DNA of 64,000 nt from Candidatus Dormiibacterota bacterium (lineage in GTDB: Bacteria; Chloroflexota; Dormibacteria; Aeolococcales; Bog-877), in contig DAHWNZ010000008.1 in NCBI GenBank assembly GCA_027339635.1, positions 1,859-65,858 on the forward strand. The letters are read 5' to 3'. The notes beneath the pieces were generated by a model. The model was not told the DNA's origin. It was given only the letters and a program-made list of their open reading frames with translations, and searched no databases. A program made the translations under genes and the position numbers. Below are positions 20,006 through 28,394 of this stretch, one piece after another. How positions within the stretch are numbered: position 1 is the first letter of the stretch; each line of letters opens with the position of its first letter.

Positions 20006-23000
20006 ACGGGAGCTCACGTGATCTCCTGCTTGATCCACTGACCGACGCCCAACGCGAGGTCGTCCTCCAGCGCGGCCGTGGCCCGATCAAGGTTGCGGCC
20101 GCTGCCGGCAGTGGGAAGACCACCACCATGGCGGCGCTCTACGCCGATGCGGTGAGGGCGGGCACCTCGCCTCAGCACATTTTGGCGGTGACCTTCACCG
20201 AGCGTGGGGCGGCCGAGCTGCGCCAACGCATAGCCACCACCCTGGAGGCGTTGTCGCCCGCCTGGAGCAGGGCCGACCTCGGCGGGCTGGAGGGAGCCTG
20301 GATTGGAACCTTCCATCACTTTGCCCGGCGCCTGCTGGGGGAACACTCATATCGGGCGGGGCTTTCCCGTGACTTCAGCGTCCTCGACGAGGTTGAGGCT
20401 AGCCTGCGGCTTGAGGCCGCGATGAGGCGGGTCAGGGACTCCCTGCCCAGCGATCCGCTCATTCAGGGGATGGCGGGCGACGGCGGATCTCCCCGAGAGC
20501 TGCTGAGCCTGGTGGGGGAGTCGGCTCAGGCTGTCTCCAGTCTTCGGTCCACGGCCATGACCATCGCCGACTGCCGCCGAGAGTCCGAGTCGGCATACCT
20601 GCGCTTTCTGGCCATGGGCGACCCGGAATCCGAGGTCCGGTGGCATCGTCTGGCCCTGCACCTGACTCTGGAGGTCTGGCAGAGCTATGAGAGGTCCTTG
20701 GACGAGCAGCGTCTGATTGACTTCGACGGCCTGCTGCGGGCGGCGCTCGCAGCCATAAGGAGCTCCGAGTGGCTCTCCTCATGGTGTGCTGACAACTTCC
20801 AGATGGTGATTGTGGACGAGTTCCAGGACACCAGCGCCATCCAGGGCGCGCTGCTTGATGCCCTGATCGGCAGCCACCTGGAGCGGCTCTTTGTGGTCGG
20901 AGACTCCCGGCAGGCGATCTTTGCCTTCAGGGATGCCCGCCCGGAGGCCATGAGGTTGGCTCCCGGCCGGTCGTTTCGGCTATTTCGCAACTACCGGTCG
21001 TGGCGGCCAATACTCACCGCAGCAGACCACGTGATCCGGGCCGACCCGCAGTTTCAGGAAGACGAGCCGATGGAGGTGGGCCGGGAAGATTACCCGGGAC
21101 ACGCCGTGCTGCTGGGTGCGGCGGCCTCGGTGGAGGAGGAGGCGGAGGGGATCGCGGCCGTGGTGGAGGCGCTCCATCGATCCGGAATTCCGTCCGGCAA
21201 TGGAACCACCAAGGCGGTCGGGTATCAGGACATCGCCATTCTCAGCTACACGTTCTCGAAGTTGGGCAGGCCCCTCGAAGACGCCATGAGGAACCATCAG
21301 ATCCCGTTTCAAACAGCCACCGGCCAGCTGCTCGAGCGCCCCGAGGTGAAGGACGCTCTGGCGCTGCTCCGGGCCGCCGACTCGGACGATGATCAGGCCT
21401 GGGTCAGGGTGCTGCAGAGCCCCTGGGTCAGGGTTTCGGACGCGCAGATGCTCAGGCTCTCGCGATCAACTGAAGCCGGCGCGGCATCACTCATAAGCCG
21501 GGTGCGCAGCAACCTGGCCCAGAGCGAACTCCCGCCGGCTTTGACGGCGAGGCTGGCCGAGATATTCCTCGTGATCGAGCGCCTGCGTGAACTGGCCCGC
21601 CACCGCCCCGCCTCCGAGGTGGTCAGGTCCGCCATCGACTGGAGCGGCCTGGGAGAGCTCCAGGCCGCTCGCGCCGCAGGGGGGCATCCTGACGGGGGCC
21701 GCTCACAGGCGGCGCTGCGCGACCTGCAGCGACTGGCCGTGGGATCTCAGCCCGCGGGCGGATGGGTTGGCCTGCCTGAGTTTTTGACCCGCGTCGACGC
21801 CATGGCGAAGCAGGGAGGTCAGGCGGAGCCGGTGGCCCGTGACGAGCAGCCAAAGGTCACACTCAGCACCATACATCGGGCCAAGGGCCTGGAGTGGCCG
21901 GTTGTGATCCTAGCCGACTGCCGTCCCCATCACCAGCGTGGGCCCAAGGGAATAATCTGGGATGAAGGGGAGAATGCCATCGTGGTGCCCAGGTTGGACA
22001 GGAAGGACACCATGGCAGGGTCTCGCTGGAAGGGCCTGCCCCGGGCCCGGGTTCCCGTGGAAGAGCACCGACGGCTGGTTTACGTGGCCATGACCAGGGC
22101 GCGCGACCTGCTGCTGATCACCACCACACGCCCCGGGTCCAAGGTCTCCGGCGTGACCCTGGACCAACTCTTAGAAGAGCTCCCTGGCCGGCAGCTCGGC
22201 CAGGGAGAGTACGCCGAACTGGTCACCGCCATGGTGGAGCAGGAGGTGGATTGGCTGCGGCCCCTGACCGGATTCCCCCACGAGGTGACCCTGCCGTGGC
22301 TCCCGGAGCCGGACAGGAAGTTGCGCGCCACACCACCCGTTTCGGCCCCACTCGCGGCTGATCCACTCCTGAACGACAGGATCTGCGAACTCGACCTGTG
22401 GACCATGGAGGCGGCTTCGGGCCTGCCACGAGTTCGTCAGGTCAGCTTCAGCGCCCTCCAGACTCTGGAGGAGTGCCCGCGCCAATTCTGGTTCATCCAC
22501 GTGGTCGGGTTCTCTTCGCCGGTTGATGCGCAGGACGCCGCGGCTCCGACCCGGAGCGGTCCCGAGGGCGGGCCGCGGGCGCTGTCGCGCGGGCGCGCCC
22601 TGCGGCTCGGCGCCATCCTGCACGCGGTGTTGGAAAGGGCCCACAGCGATCCCGCGCACCCCCCAGCGCTGAGCGATCTGGAGGCCTGTTTGGAGCAACT
22701 GGCCGGTCATCTCGAGCTCGAGGAGGCAGGCGAAGCCCGCCATATGCTCCGCGCCTATTCGCGATCCGAGGTGGTGGGGCTGCCCACCTTGGGGGTTGAG
22801 GTGCCATTCCGCTGGCGGGATTGGGCGGGGGCTGGTATGCCGGTGCTCACGGGGGTCATGGACAGGATCGCCCTGGCGGCGGATGGCGCAAACCTGATTC
22901 TTGACTACAAGACCAACCACACCATGTCGGCGGTCGAGATGGAGCATTACTCCCATCAGCTGCGTCTCTACGCGATGGCGCTGGAAGCGACCCACGACCC

Positions 23001-23238
23001 TGGCGCCGTTCCCGCACGCGCGGCGCTGGTGCTGCTGCGGAAGGGGGATGTGGTTGAGGTCGACTGCAGCACCCAGGCGAAGCGGCACACCCTGGACTGG
23101 GCCTCCTCGCTTGCCTCGAGCATTGGCGGGGGCGGCCAGCTCTCGGGGCTCTCGCACCCCAAGCGCCCATGCTCGACCTGCCAGTTCCAGCCGGTGTGCC
23201 CTGAACGTCGCACGGAACCGGGCCAACCCACGTCCTGA
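20002..23238 (+). CDS. Helicase-nuclease subunit, AdnB/AddA-like (UvrD/Rep helicase plus C-terminal PD-(D/E)XK nuclease)
   Basis: AAAGSGKTTTM Walker A, VIVDEFQDTS motif II, VYVAMTRAR motif VI, a C-terminal MDRIAL...LILDYKTN nuclease motif, and ECPRQFWF ... CSTCQFQPVC. The start was moved to the ATG at 20002 (ATGA overlap). Confidence 0.85.
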   Translation: MNGSSRDLLLDPLTDAQREVVLQRGRGPIKVAAAAGSGKTTTMAALYADAVRAGTSPQHILAVTFTERGAAELRQRIATTLEALSPAWSRADLGGLEGAWIGTFHHFARRLLGEHSYRAGLSRDFSVLDEVEASLRLEAAMRRVRDSLPSDPLIQGMAGDGGSPRELLSLVGESAQAVSSLRSTAMTIADCRRESESAYLRFLAMGDPESEVRWHRLALHLTLEVWQSYERSLDEQRLIDFDGLLRAALAAIRSSEWLSSWCADNFQMVIVDEFQDTSAIQGALLDALIGSHLERLFVVGDSRQAIFAFRDARPEAMRLAPGRSFRLFRNYRSWRPILTAADHVIRADPQFQEDEPMEVGREDYPGHAVLLGAAASVEEEAEGIAAVVEALHRSGIPSGNGTTKAVGYQDIAILSYTFSKLGRPLEDAMRNHQIPFQTATGQLLERPEVKDALALLRAADSDDDQAWVRVLQSPWVRVSDAQMLRLSRSTEAGAASLISRVRSNLAQSELPPALTARLAEIFLVIERLRELARHRPASEVVRSAIDWSGLGELQAARAAGGHPDGGRSQAALRDLQRLAVGSQPAGGWVGLPEFLTRVDAMAKQGGQAEPVARDEQPKVTLSTIHRAKGLEWPVVILADCRPHHQRGPKGIIWDEGENAIVVPRLDRKDTMAGSRWKGLPRARVPVEEHRRLVYVAMTRARDLLLITTTRPGSKVSGVTLDQLLEELPGRQLGQGEYAELVTAMVEQEVDWLRPLTGFPHEVTLPWLPEPDRKLRATPPVSAPLAADPLLNDRICELDLWTMEAASGLPRVRQVSFSALQTLEECPRQFWFIHVVGFSSPVDAQDAAAPTRSGPEGGPRALSRGRALRLGAILHAVLERAHSDPAHPPALSDLEACLEQLAGHLELEEAGEARHMLRAYSRSEVVGLPTLGVEVPFRWRDWAGAGMPVLTGVMDRIALAADGANLILDYKTNHTMSAVEMEHYSHQLRLYAMALEATHDPGAVPARAALVLLRKGDVVEVDCSTQAKRHTLDWASSLASSIGGGGQLSGLSHPKRPCSTCQFQPVCPERRTEPGQPTS

Positions 23239-23659
23239 CTACAGTGGTCAATGTCCGGCCGGTGCGGCATATCTCCGCCGCGGGGCACAGAGGATTCGAG
23301 GTCGGTCAGGCCGCCTCTTGGACCTACTCTCCCCGGGACTTGGCTTCCCCTCGGCGGCGTCGCGGCGAACGTAGTGGTATCACATCGAGGTGGCGCCTAC
23401 AGCTCAGGACCCATGCCTGAAGGCTGGGCGAACTCAGACGTCCGCAGGGCTGCTAAGGCGCTGGCAGAAGGGATGGCTATTCGGCGCGCTTGCCCCGGCA
23501 GTGCGCCGACCCCCTGTCTTCAATAACATGGCGTTCGGATGAGGATTGTTGTCGCCAAGAGGCCACGGGATCCCCTCTGCCGATTCCCCCGGGGGCGTGC
23601 GTGGGGTCTCAATTCTTCCTGGCATTTGACACCAGGCCGATATCAGGGAGGGGACGCCG

Positions 23660-24034
23660 ATGCCAAACTCCGTCAGGTTTCTGCCGCTTCATCATGTGCA
23701 GCTGGCCATCCCGAAGGGTGGCGAGGAGAAGTCCCGTTCCTTCTGGCGCGACGTCCTTCGCATGGAGGAGGTGGAGAAGCCCGAAGCCCTGGCCGCGCGT
23801 GGCGGGTGCTGGTTTCGCGGAGGAGATCTCGAGGTGCATCTCGGGGTCGAGGAGCCGTTCGCCCCCTCCCGGAAGGCTCACCCGGGGATCCTCGTGGAGG
23901 GACTCGCAACCCTGGCGGTACGTCTGGAGCAGAACGGTTGTCCCGTCCTCTGGGACGGCGACTTTCCCGGGCACCGCAGGTTTTACAGCGAGGATCCGTT
24001 CGGCAATCGTCTGGAGTTTTTGGAAAGAGAGTGA
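23660..24034 (+). CDS. VOC/glyoxalase-bleomycin-resistance family protein
   Basis: 124 aa, with LHHVQLAIP ... HPGILV ... DPFGNRLEF, the typical VOC metal-ligand pattern. RBS GGGAGGGG. Confidence 0.75.
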   Translation: MPNSVRFLPLHHVQLAIPKGGEEKSRSFWRDVLRMEEVEKPEALAARGGCWFRGGDLEVHLGVEEPFAPSRKAHPGILVEGLATLAVRLEQNGCPVLWDGDFPGHRRFYSEDPFGNRLEFLERE

Positions 24035-24605
24035 GGCTGAGCTGATCGTCGAGGGAGGGCAGTTGGCTCGGCGGGCCTGGTGGCGGTCCTCTGGAGTCAG
24101 CCCCAGCGCGACGGAGCCCTTGCCCGCCGACCCACGTCCTGGCAGCGTTCGAAATCCCCCCATCCCCGGCCGGAGCCCCCCGCGACGAGTGCGGCCGCCT
24201 GGGCCAGGCCCATCATCGGGACGATCGGCGCACCGATCGCATTTCGCGGCGCAATGAGGTACCCAAGAGATTGGGAAGCCGCCCAGGATCTTGAGGACCG
24301 TCCTTTTCCTACTCCTGAGCGGCGCCGCGGCTGACGATTTATCCGCTCTGCACAGCGACCGGCAGGCCCTGGTTTGGTTCCCGAACCGTGGCCGCGGTGG
24401 CTGCTGTCGCAAATCGGGTGATCGCTGGGGGTAGGGACGCTCTCCAGGAGAGACCGTGTCCCCGCGGGCATGGTCGAGGCCGGGTGGCCGGCCCTGCCTC
24501 GTGACAACAACGTCACAGGATGCGCCGGTGCTCGCCATGACCCGTGACCGTTGGCTCTTCTATGCTCGGCTGCACTTCCAAACTTCACACGGAGACGTAT
24601 CTGCG

Positions 24606-26021
24606 ATGCGCTTAGGGAAAATCCTCTCAGGGCTGACGGTGGCCGGGGCGCTGGCCCTGATGACGGCGGGGATCTCGACCGTGTCCGCATCTGGCGGCGC
24701 GTTCACGATCAGTTGGAGCCCCACCTCCCCAACTACGTCCGCGGACGTCGTGCTGACGACGGAAATTTCCGGTTGTGGAACCGGCAACACCTCGCTGCCG
24801 TCGCTGTACTACTGGGCCTCCGACGGACCTTCGACGTACAACAACTACTACACCAACACTCAGCTAACCAACGGCGGGGACACCGCCCAGGCCTCCGTCG
24901 ACCTGGGCCCGCTGCCGGCGGGAACCTATACCGTTTACGCCTACGGCCGCGGCATACCGTGCTTTGGCTCCTCCTATAACTTCACCTACACCGCCACGAG
25001 TTACATGACCGTGGGCGCCTCGGGGCCGTCTACCCCCACTGACGTTACGGCCAGCACGAATGCCAACGGCACCGTCGGTCTCTCGTGGAGCCCATCGACG
25101 GATGGTGCAGGAACCGTCACCTCCTATGCCGTCACCTCCTCACCATCCTGCTCGTCGTGCGCGGGGCTGACCGTCAGCGGGAATCCGGCGGCCAGTTCCA
25201 CCACCGTGTCGGGTCTCACCCTGGGCACGGCCTACGACTTCACGGTGGTCGCCACTGACTCAAACGGGGCTCACAGCTCGTCTTCGCTGGCCAGCAACTC
25301 TGTGGTCCCGGCCACTGTTCCGGGCCGGCCGGGCAACGTCAGTGCGGATGGCGGCCTGGGGTCTGCCACTATCACTTGGGCCGCCGCCGCGGCAAACGGT
25401 TCTGCGGTCTCTGCCTATTTGGTGACCGCTTCGCCGGGAGGCGCCAGCTGCCGGTGGTCCAGCGGGCCATTGCAATGCCAGATCTCCGGCCTCAGTAACG
25501 GCAGGAGCTACACGTTCACGGTGGTCGCGACCAACGCCGTTGGGTTAGGGCCAGCCTCGTCACCATCCGCACCGGTAACTCCCAACCAAGCGGCTCTGAC
25601 TGTGAGCCAGGACAGGGTCGGTAGCCGAGAAGCCACCGTGGCCGGAACCGGTCTGATGCCAGGTAGCACCGTCACCATCTCCCTGCATTCCGCGGTGCCC
25701 ATCAATCTGGCCACGGTAATCGTGGGTCAGAGCGGCTCCTTCGTCCAGACCGTGAGCTTTCCCGCCAACACGCCAGCGGGGGCCCACACCGTGCTGGCCG
25801 TGGGGACGTCGCCGGCCGGGGTCATGGTGAGCGGTTCTCTGGCCGTCACTGTCTCCAACACCGTGGCGGTGCCGGCCACGGGCGCCTCCCTCCTGACGGT
25901 CCAGAACTTGGGAGCGTCGGTCGTATTGATGAGTTTGGGACTGGGCATGGTTGCCCTCGGTATTCGCCGCCGGCGATTGGAAATCTCCTCAGCGGGCTCG
26001 GCCATCGACTCGAGCATCTGA
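24606..26021 (+). CDS. Secreted surface protein with two fibronectin type III-like repeats, an Ig-like domain and an LPXTG-like (VPATG) C-terminal sorting signal
   Basis: Signal peptide MRLGKILSGLTVAGALALMTAGISTVSASG. FN3 hallmarks are LSWSP...YAVT...YDFTVVATD and ITWAA...YLVT...YTFTVVATN. The C-terminus reads VPATG, then a hydrophobic stretch, then RRRR. Confidence 0.75.
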   Translation: MRLGKILSGLTVAGALALMTAGISTVSASGGAFTISWSPTSPTTSADVVLTTEISGCGTGNTSLPSLYYWASDGPSTYNNYYTNTQLTNGGDTAQASVDLGPLPAGTYTVYAYGRGIPCFGSSYNFTYTATSYMTVGASGPSTPTDVTASTNANGTVGLSWSPSTDGAGTVTSYAVTSSPSCSSCAGLTVSGNPAASSTTVSGLTLGTAYDFTVVATDSNGAHSSSSLASNSVVPATVPGRPGNVSADGGLGSATITWAAAAANGSAVSAYLVTASPGGASCRWSSGPLQCQISGLSNGRSYTFTVVATNAVGLGPASSPSAPVTPNQAALTVSQDRVGSREATVAGTGLMPGSTVTISLHSAVPINLATVIVGQSGSFVQTVSFPANTPAGAHTVLAVGTSPAGVMVSGSLAVTVSNTVAVPATGASLLTVQNLGASVVLMSLGLGMVALGIRRRRLEISSAGSAIDSSI

Positions 26022-26424
26022 CCAAGGGCAACCTACTACTGGCGTCACAGGTCGGGTTCACTCATGGTTGGAGCTGTTCAGTGACCGGCTCTGGGGGGCT
26101 GTAAATCAGCCTCACCAGCACGCTGACCCCGCCAACCAGGGTCGTCTGCTCCACCTCGATCAGGTGCGGGTAGGACAGCACACTCCGCCGATGACGGGAG
26201 AGCTCAAGGGGAAGCCCGTAGGGGGCTCACGCGTTGGAGCTCCCACCCTAGTCCGATCAAGCCCTGGCCGCTATTCTCAACTCTCATCTTCGAGCTGAGC
26301 GGACCGGGGCCTCACCCATTCCGCCCCTAAGGTTCCGGATGGGTACCCAATCGGGCCACCCTGGGTTGCTCGCTGGCCTGTCGACTCTCACCGCCGAAGA
26401 ACTGGATCAGGTGGGACCGCATCA

Positions 26425-26760
26425 TCAGCCCAGGCGGAAGAGCTGGGGCAGCTTCATGGCCAAGCCCATGTCGCCCTTCACCTTGAGCTTGCCGGTCATG
26501 AAGGCCATGGTGCCGTCGAGCCGCCCACTGATGAGCTTGACGAAGTTCTCGTCACCGATGGAGATCGTGATGTTGGGGCTGGCGGAGTCGCCCTGGTGGA
26601 CTTGACACGTGCCCTCGTTGATCTCCACATACCAGCGGCCACCCTGGTCTCCCGAGATGTCCCACTGGAAGGTCGCCTTGACTCCCTGGGCCTTGTCCGC
26701 CTGGAAGGCCGATGGGATCTTGTCCATGATCTGCTGCGGGGTCAGCTCCTGGTCTGCCAT
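26425..26760 (-). CDS. SCP2 sterol-carrier-like domain protein
   Basis: 111 aa, with FMTGKLKVKGDMGLAMKL, the canonical SCP-2 C-terminal motif. Confidence 0.8.
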   Translation of the reverse strand: MADQELTPQQIMDKIPSAFQADKAQGVKATFQWDISGDQGGRWYVEINEGTCQVHQGDSASPNITISIGDENFVKLISGRLDGTMAFMTGKLKVKGDMGLAMKLPQLFRLG

Positions 26761-26820
26761 GCGTTTCTCCTCGGGCCGTGTTTTAGGGGGTGATCGCCAC
26801 TCAGGGATGTTAGCGGGAGC

Positions 26821-27789
26821 TCACCGACCAACCGGGGGCTGTAGCCGCGCCTTGCCCTGGTCGAGCAGGCTGAAGGGCCAGCGTTTGGGCTTGCGCAGGT
26901 AACCGAGATTTGGGATGAGGGGCTTGGGTTCGAAGCCGAAGCCCACGGCCACCGCGTCCAGCGCTGTGACGTTCGGCTTTACCAGCATGTCCAGCTGCTG
27001 GGGCGTGACCAGCGGGTTGCGCATGATCTTGTCCATCACCACGGCCCCGGGGCGGATCAGGCGCGGGTCCAGGTGCAGGGGCTTGCGCTTGGAGATCCCG
27101 AACCAGTCCTTGCCGATCGCCTGAGCGACCGCCACGGTGATCTCCTCAAGGGTGAGCTGATCCGGCCCTCCGATCTCATAGATCCTCCCTGGCCGCTCCG
27201 GCTGCTCGACGGCCGCCAGCAGGCAGCGGGCCACATCATCGGCGGCGATGGGTTGGAATATCGCCGTGCCATCGCCCGGTATGACCAGAAACGGCGCGGG
27301 GGCACTTATCGCCTTGGCGAGGAGGCTGAAGAAGCCGTCACCCTCACCGAAGATGACAGAGGAGCGCAGGATGACCCACTCCAGGCCGCTTCCCTGAACC
27401 CATTGCTCGCCCTGCCACTTGCTGAAAAGGTAGGGGAACATGGGGTCTGGGTCGGCACCTATGGCGGAGAGCTGCACCAGGCGGCGAACTCCCGCGGCTT
27501 GGGCCGCGTCCACCACGTGCCGGGTGCCCGAGGAGTTCACGGAATCGAACGTCTGGACTCCCTGGTTGCGGATCACGGCAACCAGGTTCACGACCACATC
27601 GGCACCCTGGAAGGCTGCCTCGAGGCCCTCTCCCGTCACCACGTCGCCGAAGGTAGGGGAGAGCCCGGCGGGCAGGGTGGTCGGGTGCGCCCCGCGCCCG
27701 ACCACCCTTATCTCATGCCCTGACTCCAGCAGCAGCGGAACCAGATGTGACCCCACAAAGCCGCTGCCGCCGGTGATTGCAATACGCAT
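26821..27789 (-). CDS. NAD(P)-binding atypical SDR (NDUFA9/NmrA-like epimerase-dehydratase fold)
   Basis: MRIAITGGSGFVGSHL Rossmann motif. The start was moved to the ATG at 27789, because the upstream 75 codons of the track ORF overlap the HU gene region out of frame. Confidence 0.8.
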   Translation of the reverse strand: MRIAITGGSGFVGSHLVPLLLESGHEIRVVGRGAHPTTLPAGLSPTFGDVVTGEGLEAAFQGADVVVNLVAVIRNQGVQTFDSVNSSGTRHVVDAAQAAGVRRLVQLSAIGADPDPMFPYLFSKWQGEQWVQGSGLEWVILRSSVIFGEGDGFFSLLAKAISAPAPFLVIPGDGTAIFQPIAADDVARCLLAAVEQPERPGRIYEIGGPDQLTLEEITVAVAQAIGKDWFGISKRKPLHLDPRLIRPGAVVMDKIMRNPLVTPQQLDMLVKPNVTALDAVAVGFGFEPKPLIPNLGYLRKPKRWPFSLLDQGKARLQPPVGR

Positions 27790-27811
27790 TGGCGAGGTGC
27801 TCAGGTCGTTG

Positions 27812-28156
27812 TCAGCGCTTGGCGCCACGGCGGCGCGGGGCCGACTTGCCGGCGACAGCGGTCTTGAGCGCGGTCGCCGGATAGAAGCGGACCTTCTGGG
27901 TGGCCGGTACTCGCACCATCTCCTGGGTCTGGGGGTTTCGGCGCATGCCGGCCGCGGTCTCGCGAATCTTCCAGCGACCGAAGCCGGCGATGGCCACCTC
28001 TTCGCCGGCCTCAAGCCTCTGGCCGATGATGTCGAAGATCAACTTGAGAGTGTCGTCAGCCATGGCGAAGTTTTGAAAGACGGACTCCTTGGTGCCGTCC
28101 TCGTACTCGACTACAACTTTGCCCTGCAGGGTTTTGGCCAACTCGCGACGATTCAT
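27812..28156 (-). CDS. HU/IHF-family DNA-binding protein (variant with N-terminal insertion and short basic tail)
   Basis: IAGFGRWKIRETAAGMRRNPQTQEMVRVPATQKVRFYPATALK matches the HU beta-arm region. RBS GGGAGG. Confidence 0.8.
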   Translation of the reverse strand: MNRRELAKTLQGKVVVEYEDGTKESVFQNFAMADDTLKLIFDIIGQRLEAGEEVAIAGFGRWKIRETAAGMRRNPQTQEMVRVPATQKVRFYPATALKTAVAGKSAPRRRGAKR

Positions 28157-28306
28157 AAACTAGCCTCCCTTCTATAGCGGAATGAACGTTATCCGCTTTA
28201 TGTAAGGGATTTTAAACAGAGAGAGGGCGGCGTGCGGTGGTTTCGATCTCGCTTCATGCTTTTGCGAAAGGCCCTGGGGGAGAGGCGACCCAGAGGCGGG
28301 CGTGAT

Positions 28307-28335
28307 TTGCCACAACGAACAGCAGTTCGTATACT
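28307..28335 (+). promoter_or_regulatory. Sigma-70-type promoter of the imuA'-imuB operon
   Basis: TTGCCA (28307-28312), a 17-nt spacer, then TATACT (28330-28335), in an AT-rich intergenic patch 60 nt upstream of the imuA' ATG. Confidence 0.6.
28316..28329. promoter_or_regulatory. LexA (SOS/Cheo) box CGAAC-AGCA-GTTCG
   Basis: A perfect palindromic match to GAAC-N4-GTTC. The arms extend to ACGAAC/GTTCGT (28315-28330). It lies inside the promoter spacer, upstream of a known SOS-regulated gene family. Confidence 0.7.
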
Positions 28336-28394
28336 CTTCGGAGCGGCGCCGCAATTGGGGGCGCCCTTTCGAGTTGAGCAGAGGACCTCGCGGG

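Noticed and set aside
23239-23659. 421-nt gap after the AdnB-like gene, including a perfect TTGACA hexamer near 23627
   Set aside because: No properly spaced -10 element follows the TTGACA (the TATCAG is only 9 nt away). There is no stable hairpin, no recognisable RNA motif, and the ORFs there are low-complexity.
26062-26181. 39-codon minus-strand ORF (VLSYPHLIEVEQTTLVGGVSVLVRLIYSPPEPVTEQLQP) in the gap between the surface-protein and SCP2 genes
   Set aside because: The composition is unusually protein-like for this genome. However, it is very short, has an in-frame stop just upstream, has no RBS I could see, and matches no recognisable family. It could be a gene fragment.
28302-28394. Upstream extension of the imuA' ORF (GTG at 28302)
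   Set aside because: That start lies inside the TTGCCA-N17-TATACT promoter and upstream of the LexA box, so it would not be transcribed as part of the mRNA. The ATG at 28395 was chosen instead.
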